Assembly (NCBI RefSeq): GCF_000143415.4
Contig: NW_003314276.1
Coordinates: 443,164-507,163 of the forward strand
Direction of reading: 5' to 3'
From: Selaginella moellendorffii
Lineage: Eukaryota; Plantae; Lycopodiophyta
DNA: 64,000 nucleotides
In this document: piece by piece, positions 51,480-64,000 of the stretch
Layout of the letters: every line of letters starts with the position of its first letter
How positions within the stretch are numbered: the first letter of the stretch is position 1
The notes under the pieces: generated by a model
Database searches by the model: none
Seen by the model: the letters and a program-made list of their open reading frames with translations, nothing else
Told to the model about the DNA's origin: nothing
Position numbers and translations under genes: made by a program

Positions 51480-52641
51480 TCTAAGAAGCTCATGATCAAT
51501 GAGATGCCAATTAAGGATATCAACAACCACTGCTACCAATGGTCTTTTTGCACCAAGGTGACACACAAAGGGAAACTTGTATTCTTTGAAACAAGCACAG
51601 CTGGATGTGTTATGTCAGTTGATGTTGCCGATGCAGAAAGTTCCAAAACACGTATTGTTGGGTTTGGCAAGAATGCAAAGCATCTTTCAAGCGATATTGA
51701 GCAAGGCAGTGTCTATATATTTTCAGGGAACAGTGGTGTATAGTGCTCTAAACCAGCATATACACCATATAAATCAAATTGGGAGATAAAAGCAAGCAAG
51801 ACTATGGAGATCAAGTGTGAAGAGGATGATCTACGTATTCCAAATGTTGTTCTTAATAGAACAAGTGTTTTAGATGCTTCTAAGCTCAGCCAAGAGACAT
51901 TTGTAGACGTGATTGGTGGTGTAATGTGGATTGGATAGACAAACATTTCTCCTAAGGATTCTGGAGCATTCATGAGAAGGAGAATGCTTTGTTTGAGTGA
52001 TGAATTGGGCCACAGTATAGACATGTGTCTGTGGGATTCAAAGGTCAAAGATGAAGGTTCAGAAATTGAGGAGAAACTTGGTTGAGGGGAGAGGCCTATT
52101 GCATGTGTGAAGGGCAGCCGGATTTCAGATTACAATGGCAAGTCCATTTCAGTCACAGGTGGCTCTACCCTTTTAGTTGATCCTGAATTAGGAGATGTCT
52201 CATGGCTGTGTGAATGGATGGTTGCTAGCTACAACACAACCAGATTCATCCATGTGACCAACCCTTCTTCTAAAGCAGTGATTTCTGGTACAAAGACAGT
52301 ATATGAGATGTTGTCTATCAACCTGAAGGTTTCGCTATTTTTCGTGTTATTGTGTCAGTGAAAGAAATCCAGACTGGTGACTTCTATTACCCAGCATGCG
52401 TGATATTCAGTTCAAATATTCACTACACTTGTGTATTCTGGACAGCACTGCACATATATGGGCGGTTGCATTTGATGATGCTAATGATATTGTAAGGATG
52501 CCCAGCATGCGTGAGGTGTCAAATGAAGCCAATGTGCAAAGAAGGTTACTCAGGTTTCGGAAAGTATGTGGCAATGCACTTGTGACACTGATTCTGGAGA
52601 TATTCACTTCAAATATGCACTACACTTGTGTATTCTGGACA
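51480..52641 (+). pseudogene. RPA70-like OB-fold protein, probably Helitron-borne
   Basis: VDVIGGV, RRMLCLSDE.GHSIDMCLW, VKGSRISDYNGKSIS....ST..VDP, YYPAC, LCILDSTAHIWAVAFDD. Contains stops and runs into an N gap. Confidence 0.85.
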
Positions 52642-53849
52642 NNNNNNNNNNNNNNNNNNNNNNNNNNNNNNNNNNNNNNNNNNNNNNNNNNNNNNNNNNN
52701 NNNNNNNNNNNNNNNNNNNNNNNNNNNNNNNNNNNNNNNNNNNNNNNNNNNNNNNNNNNNNNNNNNNNNNNNNNNNNNNNNNNNNNNNNNNNNNNNNNNN
52801 NNNNNNNNNNNNNNNNNNNNNNNNNNNNNNNNNNNNNNNNNNNNNNNNNNNNNNNNNNNNNNNNNNNNNNNNNNNNNNNNNNNNNNNNNNNNNNNNNNNN
52901 NNNNNNNNNNNNNNNNNNNNNNNNNNNNNNNNNNNNNNNNNNNNNNGCCAAGCTGGAGCTTTCAAAACTAATGTTGTGTAGAAGTTGATGAATGATTAAA
53001 ATAATTTGTAATAATGTAATTAGTTACAAATGATATAAATTAAAGTATTGGAAAACATTGCTACAGAATAGATTTAATAAATATAATTTTTATTATATAA
53101 AATGCTCATTAATTAATAATTTTAAATATTAAAATTATAATATTACCATTAATATATAATTTGAATACTGTATTATAATATTATCACTAAAATTACCATC
53201 ACTATAATATAAATATCATAATATATATAGCTTAATAATATAAATTAAATTTTAGTACATACATTAAAATTTGTTTTCCAAAACTACAAATCTATGATAT
53301 AGATCATACCAAATATGATAGGTCATATAGAGCAGAATACAAAATAATAATCACTATTACTGCCACCATAGATATTTATCTACATGTATGATCTTTCAAA
53401 GCTTTAGTTTCTTCCTATCGCAGAATATCAGATTTCTGGATTATCACTCATGTTGCCATCCCTATTGAACCCATCCTAAAAAATTTCAGAATGTATAACT
53501 TTCCCATGCTGAGCAACTTCTATTTTATCCTAGTATAGAGCAAAACATTATCATTCATTTATTTTTTATCATTCATTTATTTTTATAAAATTTCAGCCTC
53601 TATTTCATTGTTATAAGCTTTAATTTGAAATTTATAAAATTTAATTTAAATTTATTTATATTTTTAATTTACAAGATGTATGTAGTTTAAATGAGTGTTA
53701 AATTTAATGTATAAAGTTTTATATTTTTATGTACTTAAGAAAAATCGTATTTTATTAAGAGAAAATTGTAGAATTGAATGAATCATCAAGTAATAATTTT
53801 TTAATCAATTATATAGAGATTTCAAATAAATAATAATAATTACCAAACC

Positions 53850-54135
53850 TCAAACTCTAAATAACTCATCTGGCTATGGGATCCCATAGTGAGTTATTCT
53901 ATTTATAGAAGATCAAAGATACAATGTTATGAGTTATGTTTATTATGTTATAATGTGTGTTGGTGATAGAGTTAATTGTAGAAGGGATTTTTAATATAAA
54001 TATTATATTATATTTAACTATTACTTTTATAATTATGAATATGTTAAAAATTACAATCATAATTAAAACTCTTTGAAATTACTAAAATATCAGAAATAAA
54101 CATGATGTTCCCAGTGTAGCTGGGACTTTTGCTAG
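53850..54135 (+). mobile_element. Helitron 3' terminus
   Basis: Hairpin TCCCAGTGTAGCTGGGA, then CTTTTG, CTAG at 54132-54135, then T. Confidence 0.8.
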
Positions 54136-54361
54136 TACTCTCTTCTTTAAAAGTGCTATTGGTATATGGCATCTGATGTCTTTTATTCCATATTTAGAAT
54201 ATTATTTGTGAATATACTTATAATTTAACAGTTCAAATTCAAAATCTTCAAATAAATGGCATAGATCAGGTGCCAAAAGGGTGGTAACGCTTCAATTTTG
54301 ATTTTAATGACACTCAAAATCAAGTAAAATGTTTTAGGGCAATTGGGCAGATTGTAAGCTG

Positions 54362-54405
<44 letters not shown>
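54362..54405. repeat. (CT)n microsatellite
   Basis: Direct inspection. Confidence 0.9.
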
Positions 54406-54410
<5 letters not shown>

Positions 54411-54552
54411 ATAATTCCTGAAGAGGTTGTGTCTTATATGGAGGTTTGTGTTTCTTTCTCATCTCTTCTTACTCTTATAAATGATCCATTAGAGACCAAT
54501 CATTTTAGCTCTCTCAAATCCAACATCCAAGACTGAATGCACAGCAGAAGAG

Positions 54553-55228
54553 TGTAGCGCACCTTATCTCTCTCCCCTTAAGCCAACTGGAAAAGGGGCA
54601 ATTGCTTGATGAGAGAGCCCTTAGTGGCTATTTTATCCCCATTTATCTCCCAAGGTTCCAAGGATCCACGGTGATAGTATATCCAAATCTCATCCCATGA
54701 TCACATGCGCTACACTCACCCCCCCCTTTAGAGATGTCAATGTCCTCATTGACTATTGACTAACAACCCCTACTGAGCCAAGGGGAACCAGCACCTCCAT
54801 TTCCGCACTCAATCTACCAATCCTTCCATTGTGTAGACCAGCTATTCCATATGAGGCAACTAGTCATCCACCCGTACCGCAGTCCCACGGTGGATACCTT
54901 CGTCCGTGGATACTCCACACAAGAGGAAGGACATACACATGGATGCCCAATACATACGATTTCAAATTTTAGGGGTAGGAATATACCTTGCTCAAGGGTA
55001 TATTATACTTTTAAGTAGCCACTAATCAATGGGAATCGAACCCATGCGATTTGCTCTGATACCAATTGTAGCGCACCTTATCTCTCTCCCCTTAAGCTAA
55101 CTGGAAAAGGGGCAATTGCTTGATGAGAGAGCCCTTAATGGCTATTTTATCCCCATTTATCTCCCAAGGTTCCAAGGATCCACGGTGACAGTATATCCAA
55201 ATCTCATCCCATGATCACATGCGCTACA
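54553..55228 (-). mobile_element. TRIM (terminal-repeat retrotransposon in miniature), 676 bp
   Basis: 162-bp LTRs at 54553-54714 and 55067-55228 with 3 differences. TSD AAGAG. tRNA-Met PBS TGGTATCAGAGC (55064-55053) and PPT (54730-54715) on the minus strand. No ORF. Confidence 0.95.
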
Positions 55229-56039
55229 AAGAGGCACTAAAACATGGGGACGTGCCCTTTTTGTGAGTGGGAGCCCGTTAAAATGAATAGGAAGATATTA
55301 ACTCCGGGCCAGGTATGCTCAAAGTTTTTCTATTGTTTCACACTTACTCTTTTGCATCACTCTTTATTTCATCTTTTATGACATGATGACACACTGCAAA
55401 AGGGCTCAAAGCTTGGAATTAGTTCTTCACCCAAAGGATTGCCGCAATTTTCTGAATGATGCTGCTCACTGTACAAAAAAAAATACTCTCTTCATGAGAG
55501 AGTATACACATGACCAAACGACTTGGTAATTTCACATCAAAGAATTGGGTGCTTTTGAACTACATATTCTCTCATTGCTGCCTGGTTTCTAAAACTCTCA
55601 CAGTGGCAGATGGCACAGCACTGGCTAGATAGGCAAGAAGAGGAAAGGTATGTGCTTGAATTGACAAATAATTTATTTGCTAAGCTTCGAAAACCTCAAA
55701 CAAATCCTGAACAAAAATTCATTTCCCAATAGCATTAGAAGATTTCAGAAGACTGATGTAAAAAAAAATCATAAAAGGAGACAAATTCAACCTCTTATGG
55801 TGAAAGATATGATGACTTCACACAAAACGAATTTCATTTCAGGCTATGCAGGAGTTACCGAATATGGCCAAAATCTGAAAATAAAGACAACCTTTTTTAT
55901 TCTTTTGCTTTCCCCATTTCGATGAACATCACCACTGTACACGCGGTTCAGGCAAGAGGCTATGTTGAAAATAAAGACATGTTTCTATGAAAGAAAAAAG
56001 CATCACCACTATACATGCAGCTCAAGCAAGAAGCTTTCA

Positions 56040-56517
56040 TGTTGTATCTCCTGACGACGTGATCAAACCACTACCCAGGATTCTCATAAATATTGCAAAA
56101 TTGTAAAACAGTTTCAAAAGTAAATCTCAGAAATAGAATAGAGCCCTTCTATGCAAGTTCATCTTGGCAACTTGGGCAAAGTGATTGAAGTTCTTCAAAG
56201 TCACAGAGTAGTATGTGAAGTATGGGTGTGAGATTAGAGCCAACAGTAAAACTCTCCATCAATGGTAAACTATACCTAGCTGACAGAGTCTCTGCAGGAT
56301 ACCTGGGAGGAGACAAGTTTTGCTTTGGACAAGCAGCAATGCCTCAAGTAAGCAAAAAGCAGCACCACTATTGGCTCAGGCGAGAAGCTTTCCTCTTGCA
56401 TCTCCTGAGGACCACTACCCAGGATTCTCATTGCCTACCATGAATCCTGCAAATTTAACTTTTGCAAAATTGTAAAATAGTCTCAAAAGTAAATCTCAGA
56501 AATAGAATAGAGCCCTT
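56040..56517. repeat. Short direct duplication (~56045-56148 and ~56397-56517)
   Basis: CCACTACCCAGGATTCTCAT and TGCAAAATTGTAAAA...AGAATAGAGCCCTT each occur twice. Confidence 0.75.
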
Positions 56518-59500
56518 AGAACGACTTCCACAAAGAAAATCTTCTCAAATCTAAAATCATGTTATCATTAGTATAATGTTCAAATCAAATAAATTTGATT
56601 TGTCATGTAATTGTCCAGAAAAACTAGAAATAACACCTTGGAATGCCACTCAATAATATTCCTCTGCTGTTATGTTGATGCTGTCAATAATTACTAGGAC
56701 CTACTATGTTTTTGGTCCCTGACTCCCTCCATAAATATTTGTGCCAAATGTAACTTTTAGCTCACCCTGTTGGTGATGAATCATCTCTTTAGCAGCCCTA
56801 AGGCATGAGAGGTAGTGGTTCATTAAAATTCTCATTCCAAAGATCCAGCAGCATAATTGAGCAACACATTTAGCACAACATGGACCTTTATAGTGACAAA
56901 CTTCAATTCTGTTTATAAATTTTGTAGCAAGAGTGAATGCACAATTTTTTGTATTGAATTAAACTCCATTCCCGATCAAGTGTCTGATTATCAAAGTTAA
57001 TAAGAATTTCCAAATTAATGACGAAATTTCGATGTTAGTGTTCTCGAAGTTCAAACATGAGCCATTTTTTAAAGTTGGGAATGACTTATTACAGTTTTAT
57101 GTCTACTCCAAAGAAAAAGTCACATCCTGCCGTGCTCACAAACTTGTGCTCGCAGATTGCTCTCCATATATATCAGCCTCTCACACTTATTCGGTGTAGA
57201 TTGGACATTCAAGCACACCATGTCCACTGGGGCACAAGCTTGAAGCTATTACTTCAGAGTTTATAGTTTGGTATGACAAAGTTTGGTTTTGTTTCTAAGT
57301 TTCTCAATTGTCTTACAAGGTCACTGTTACATTCTTGCCTGCCTGCTTTAAGCATTTTTTCTTTTGATAACTCACCCATTTATGCGCTATTTTGACGGAA
57401 ATATTAGACAGGAAGTTGTGTCCATGCTTGCTATGAAGCATTCTTTTTTCAAACAAGTCTTGTACCCCAGCAAGAATGACTGTGATCCACCTAAACAACA
57501 GCTCTTTGAAGAGCTCATAAAATTGTAAGTTGAAACAAGGAAAAAAACATGAAGTGCAAGAGATTATAAGCGGTTAGCTGAATTTTTGTTGATTCTCCTC
57601 ACTCCCGAGCAGACCACAACCATCGTCATCACCACGGACCAGCCTACTTCATGTCCACGGTGCCATACATGTCCATGCATCCCCTACATCACCACCACCA
57701 CCGTCGCCGTGCTCGAGTACATCACCTGCAACATGAAATCCTCCGCATTTGCAACACCTGATACTCTGATCAAACCCTTCTTCAATGACACAAACACAAC
57801 TAGATTCTCCGGGAGCTTGTGGAGCCTGGCATCTCTGCAGACAAGATCAACATCCCGCAAAGCATGGACAAGGAGTGACATGCGTGATCTCGAGTGCTTG
57901 CCTCGCAGTTGTGGTCCTCTCTGGAGCTATGATCTGGTGGCTGCTCAAAATGAAACAACCAAAGTCTATGACTTCCAGGTCAGTTTGCTTAAATATGTAT
58001 TGAAAGCTCATCAAATTGCCACCACCCAGGTTGTAAGCTCGACTGACGTTGGCATAGATTGTTGGTCCTAGGAGCTCGCCATTGACAGTGATAATGTTCT
58101 TTGCTCTTCCCAGCCACCTCACTAGCTTCTCACCACAGTAACGAACACTGGCAAGATGTTGATCCATTGGTGATGAGCGGTCTCAAAATTTCCAAAACAT
58201 TCTGTGATCTAATGCTCTTTCACAAGTATGGAATCTGGCAATTTAGGAATCCCTGGTTCAATGGCCTGGTTATGTCACGCAGTGTTCTCTCAAGCGAGGC
58301 TAATAGTTCCTCTACAACTTCACCGTGGATTCACACATGTGAACTCTCTTCTGGCATACACACACATCATGTGGCTTCGAGCTACTGTCCATGGAGACAT
58401 TGACAGCCCAGCATGAATGCAATGAAGGGTGTTGTGGATCCCAGGGACCGCTTCAGTTGCAAGGGGATCCTTGGAGGAAACTCTACCAGGTAATATAACT
58501 GAGGATTGATTAGTCTTGATATGTTGTGTTTTGCAGTCTTGCTCTGGCCTTGGAGACTCACACTTTGACTTGGCTGTGGAAAGTTTTGGTGACAGTGTAG
58601 GTAGTGCAGCAAAACTGGTCTGCAATTCTGAGCTATATGCCTGGTGTTTACCGTTGCATAGCTAAATCAGGTAGTTTGTTATTCTGTTCACTTATGTTAC
58701 TAATCAAGTGGCACGACAGGGTGCTGGAAAGACATCTCTAGATTATGCACTGACGGGCCAGGGTGGTGGCATTAGCGTAATACTGATGGTTTTTTTCCAG
58801 ATATGGAGTGGCATGAAGGCGTTTCATGTGGTGTAGGATACATAGATGTGGCAAGCATTAACTTGCAGGTAAAAGTTTCTTCCTTACTCGGCTTTGATTG
58901 GATTGGTTCCATGCAGAACCCTCAGTGGCAAAAGACTTAGAGCTACAACAGCTGCAAAATAAGGTAATGGCCCTTGAGTTAAAGGTCTTCCAATTGCAAG
59001 GAGAAACTGAGAAGCATAAGGAAAAAAAATAGATCAAATAAACTTCTTTCAGAGTCAAGATTGTAGCACATTATAAAACAATGAACACCAGGCAGTGTGA
59101 AATGAACTGTGAGCTACTACGAGACCCATTTGTCTTTTGGAATGGTTTAATTGAATCTGAAGCATGTGTTGAGTGTCACAAAATAGGTTATCAAAAGTAC
59201 CACCCTTGAAACTCAGATCAAAATAAAATTACATGATACTACATAACATTATTGGCTAGGAAATTGTGTGCTCGACGACACCACCAATCTGACTTATAGC
59301 ACGTTACGTTACACAGATTTGCAGCATTTTGCATTCTCATTGTCTCTGCACCATTTTCAAATTTATAGCCTTTTGCATTCTTGTGATCTATTTTATACAA
59401 GAGGATGTACTGCCAGAGGCATCGGTCCCTGTCAGATCCTAAGAAAGGCAGTATAAGAAGCCAAAGATCAAGTGCATGCCCGCTGACTTGATTTTCTACT

Positions 59501-59949
59501 GAATCAGAAGGATGGTGCACAGAATAATGATGTAGTTGTTTGTACACCGCTGCCAAGAAGATGTGGCGATCCATGCAGCATTCCAGTTGTATGTTGACAG
59601 TCTTCCTGCCAGAAGAACAACGAAACTATGGTTGTAAATCCAAGAAAAAAGCCCTAGATATACCGTCAGCATCCACAATGTCAAAGCACAGTGAGACCAG
59701 ACCAGATGATAAACTTGATCATTCAGTTGCCACAATACCAAGAGTCCTTGTGATTGCTTTGGTACTTAACTCCAAACATAAGCAGCGCCAAACTCCCAAA
59801 GCTCACGCATAGAATAGATTGTGTGCCAAACCAATCCTTGCTAGGTGATCCCTGCCACAAGCCAAAAAAAATAAGGTGTTGTTGCACATCACAAGAACTT
59901 ACACGGGATTTTCTCACGTGAGGTCACGCAGCATCCATGCGGCAGCAAG

Positions 59950-60680
59950 GAGAGTGTGAAGAGGCTGCAATATGCAATTCTTCCCGATCGGCAAGAGATG
60001 CTGCTCGCTAATCCCTCACAAGCCTGGCAAGCGCAAGCCATGCAACCGGACAAGATGTCGCCCACATTGCTGGATCAAGAAGCGAAACCTTGGAATTTGA
60101 TTACATTGTCCCTCGCTTTAGTTTTTATCAGTGCCTTCTCACTTCTGGCACTCGAGGAATATGCCAGCAAGCAGACCTCCAGCAAGGAAGGATCATCCAT
60201 GGCAATGCGACCCAATCCAATGTGGTAGCATGGCCAGGTCTTCGACACCATGCCCAGCCAGAATCTCATCTCCTGGAGCGCTCTCATGCTGGGATACGTG
60301 CAGAACGGGGAATCTGAGCTCATGCTGGGACTATTCCAGCAGCCCCAGCACTGCACCAGTTTGCTGGATTGATCGACTATCCTCGCAGCGCTTACTGCCT
60401 GCTGGAATCTGGCTGCCAAGGGCCAGGATTGCAAGAGCTTGAGAAAAAGCTGTTTAGAGAAGGGGGCAGAAATCCATTGCCTGGATTTGAAGAAGATATT
60501 TTTGTGTTAAGTAGCTTCGTAGATATGTATGTCAAGTGTTGAATGCTTGTCGAGTCTGACGGGATTCCACGTAACAATGTGGTGTCTATGGCAATCATTC
60601 TAGGAGACGGCCAGGTCGGGAAACCAATGGTAGCTTTGGAACTGTTTGTGTTGATGCAGCAAGAAGGTTGTCCAAGAACT
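59950..60680 (+). pseudogene. PLS-class pentatricopeptide repeat gene remnant
   Basis: QVFDTMPSQNLISWSALMLGYVQNGE, TILAALTAC, DIFVLSSFVDMYVKC, ALELFVLMQQEG. Frameshifts. More decayed PPR-like sequence may lie at 57760-58450. Confidence 0.8.
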
Positions 60681-61661
60681 TTTGGAGACTATAGGCAAGT
60701 TAGGAGAGGACTAAGCTGATAGGATGTCCATACATCATATATTTTGTGTCTCATATAATTTATGGGTTCCAAGATAATTATTGTCCATCCAAGATCTCCT
60801 TGCACTTGAGATTAATTGCTGAGGGCTCTAAAACTGGTGTCATTGCATATATCACAAACACTGTTTTGTTGACAAATTGCCATGGTAATAGCCACAACAT
60901 TTCAAACTTTTTCTTTTTTTCCTTTTTTAGTCAAGGATCAGAGCATATTTCTGCAAGTGCTGAACCAATAATAGTGTTATCCTCTCTTTATCCATAGCAT
61001 TGACATTAAACAATATGAACCTTGGGAAAAATGTATGACACTCTTTTGTGCACTATAAACTTTTGTATAATACCTACTAGAGGTTAATGAAGATTATATA
61101 ATTGGTGCAAAGTTGGAGGTAAGAAAGCTACTTCTTGGAGTTTTTATAGGTCTGGGATGACATTTAAAAAACGTTTGAGAAAAGTGCAGTAATGATATGG
61201 AGATTTCATCTAATCTTATGAATAATATCTGAATTAAAGATTAAAAATAATAAGAAAAATTTCACTAAATAAAGTGTAAATGTTTTAAAGAAAGTGGATA
61301 TAAATCCTTATTATGTTCATAAATATCTTTAGATAAGCTTACTTTTTTCATAATTACAAATATATATGGACAAAAATTTATTAATCTATTGATATTTTAA
61401 CTTCAAGATGGATTATTTTCTCAATATGTCTAGAACCATTCTCCACTGCTAGCTTATGAGGTTTAATATAAATGTGGTAGTAAACTAAATAGATTTTCTT
61501 AAGTATATTTTAAATGTAAAACTAGACACATAATAGAAATTCTATTATTCTTTAGTAAACTATGAATGTTAGAGGCATCATTACAGTTCAGATAAAAAGA
61601 ATTTAACTCAGTACACAATTAAAATTATAATTTCTCCAAACTAACTTATTATTTTTTGGTA

Positions 61662-62784
61662 GCATGCCGAGGTCATAAGATGAGCTGACCTGCTCATATG
61701 GGACAAAATAAGCATGGTACCCGTTCACGCTTTTAAAGCTGTCGAGAGGGTCTTGTGTGACATAAAAAACTGTGATACAGAATTTGGTGGCATCACATTA
61801 GTAACAGGAGGAGATTTCAGACAGACATTACCTGTTCTAAAAAGAGCCTGTCACACACAAATTATCCAAAACAGCATGAAATCGTCACCAATATGATGGA
61901 AACTTTGTCAAGTTCTCATTACATACAACCATGAGGGTGAACTTTGAAGAAAAGGAATGGTCTAGATGGCTTGTGAAGCTTGGAAATGGTAACCTACCTA
62001 GCCTCCAAGGATTCAACCAAGAAGTTATAAAATTACCTCAAACATCGACATCCAGAGAACAAATGATAGATAATGTGTTTGGAAAGCATATACAACCAAA
62101 TGACCCAAACCTATATCAGAAAGCTATTCTCATGACTTTAAATGATCTCTCTCTACAAATGAACAACCAAGTTCTTTTAAGAATGACCGGCAGAACAATA
62201 ACATACAGAAGCATTGACATTGTAGAAACAGATTCAGAAGAAGAAATGTTGGACTATCCTGTAGAATTCTTAAATTCAGTAACACCATCTGGAATGCCTC
62301 CACACAAGCTACAAATAAAAATTGGATGTATTGTAATGTTGTTACGCAACATTGACACTAAAAAGGCCTCTGTAATGGCACTAAACTAATTATAACCAAG
62401 GCACTACCAAATGTTACAGAAGCTGAAATTCTACATAATGGTATGCAAGGAAAAAAAGTCCTCCTACCAAGAATCTCTTTAAAACAAACTGAAGGAGACA
62501 TGCCATTTATCCTCAAATGACGACAATTCCCAATAAGGCTTGCATTCTCCATAACAATTTGCAAATCTCAGGGACAAACATTACAGAATGTGGGTATCTA
62601 CTTGCCAAGACCTATTTTTGGCCATGGTCAACTTTATGTTGCACTTTCAAGGGGAATATCCAACAAACAAATTACAATGTCTATTGAACAATGTGAAGGA
62701 CCAGGTGTGCTCCAGAACCATAATGTCTATACCAAAAACCATTGTGTACAAAGAAATTCTCTAGAATTCATGTCACCAATGTAA
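61662..62784 (+). pseudogene. Helitron RepHel PIF1-type helicase, C-terminal part, disrupted
   Basis: [76 protein letters not shown]. Stops and frameshifts. Confidence 0.93.
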
Positions 62785-62794
62785 CAGATGTCCT

Positions 62795-62826
62795 ATCTAT
62801 CCCAGCAGAGCTGGATTCCCTACTAG
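62795..62826 (+). mobile_element. Helitron 3' terminus after the helicase
   Basis: Hairpin ATCCCAGCAGAGCTGGAT, then TCCCTA, CTAG at 62823-62826, then T. Confidence 0.8.
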
Positions 62827-62899
62827 TAAACATGTATTGTCCATGAGAAGGAGTCAAGCAGTCATATTAGTAAGACCAGTTTATTTTGCAGCCTTCAAT

Positions 62900-64000
62900 C
62901 TAAAGCACAATTGGTTATAATGCTTTTGGCAAACATGGAGTACGTTGTCTGGTTGCACACACGAATCCCTACCACCAAAAGCGTTGCATTGCCCTTTAGG
63001 CCTGGAAAACCTTCTAGAGAAGAACACTCAGCGCCCTCTGGGCCTGGACAACTTCCTGTTGAAGAACATGCAGCTACACAATGGCAGGCTTGACTTATGA
63101 TTCCAGCACATTGCCAATCTTGAAATTGTCTGCATTAATTTTAGAAAGATGGAGGAAGAGGAGGAACATGGGGTCCTGAAAATGCCATTCACAGAATCCA
63201 TAACAATGAAGGTTATATAAAATTTAAAGAAAAAGTACTTATAATGGCAGTCTTCAAAGACACACATAGCTGGCTGAGTTCTTACAATCTTGTGATGCTT
63301 GCAGGCTTCTCTAACCTCAAGATAAGGGAGATCACGACCCATGAGTGAAAACACTAAAAGTGTACCTGATAGTTACTTGCTGTAATCAGCGTGAATCTCA
63401 TACCTTCTTGGAAATTCTGTAAATCATAGTTTCCAGCAAGCTCCTGATGCATTGCATTGCTGTACAAACAGGACTTAGTTAAAAAATAAATGAAGACCTT
63501 ATTGTTAACAACCTTAACAACCTTATTGTCTTGTGCCAGAAGTGAGACAAATTAAATGCTAGATTGCAACTCTTCTTGATGATGCTGCTGTTCTCAACAT
63601 TTGGTCCATGGTCATAAAAGCTATGCATGTCCTCCAAAGACCTATGATGAGAAACATTTGGGACTTACAAACAGCCTCTATAATGTACTTGGCAAGCCTG
63701 CCTTTGAGTATCTTCTCGTCTTTGAGTTTCATCTTGTTGAGGCAGTGACTTCAAAGCAGGATTCGCTCCTTGTGATAAGTCAATAAGTGACGGGGACAAA
63801 TTAGAATAGTGGAGGCATGAGAATGCATAAGGTATCATTGTATGAGGTATAATTCAGTAAAGTATTTTTTTCTTTTAATTACAGAAGTTTTGAAACTCTT
63901 ACAGAATAGAAGTCTCGTGGTCTTGGATGTGGCAAGTAAGAAACTTTGCTGTTGGGATCCAAGGCAGTCCACCTCCAAACCCCAGATAAAGGAATAATGG
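62900..64000 (-). other. Unidentified spliced gene-like sequence
   Basis: Short GT/AG-bounded coding-like blocks with no recognisable motif. Confidence 0.2.

Noticed and set aside
55025-55064. tRNA gene
   Set aside because: Only a PBS and T-arm-like motif inside the TRIM; no cloverleaf.

Overview
Eukaryotic land-plant genomic DNA, most likely from a compact-genome plant with flagellated sperm such as the lycophyte Selaginella. This is inferred from axonemal genes alongside PLS-class PPR and ALDH21 sequences and from ~50-nt introns. Two apparently intact genes, both ciliary, lie on the minus strand: CFAP299 (12660-13882) and CFAP65 (23317-28675, 7 exons, ~1673 aa). The rest is nested transposons and gene debris. 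It includes: a degenerate LTR element with its 3' LTR plus a solo LTR of the same family; a PIF/Harbinger element carrying captured COG2 and cyclophilin fragments between its own two genes; a young ~5-kb Ty3/gypsy element with 174-bp LTRs, a 4-bp TSD and a -1 frameshift signal (G GGA AAC plus predicted H-type pseudoknot); a 676-bp TRIM and its solo LTR; and at least five Helitron 3' ends around long mosaics of host-gene fragments (ALDH21, SDR, O-fucosyltransferase, RanGAP, purple acid phosphatase, acyl-activating enzyme, lipase, RPA70, PPR, PIF1 helicase). There are three assembly gaps. No rRNA, tRNA or CRISPR array was found. All identifications are from reading the sequence; no database search was run.
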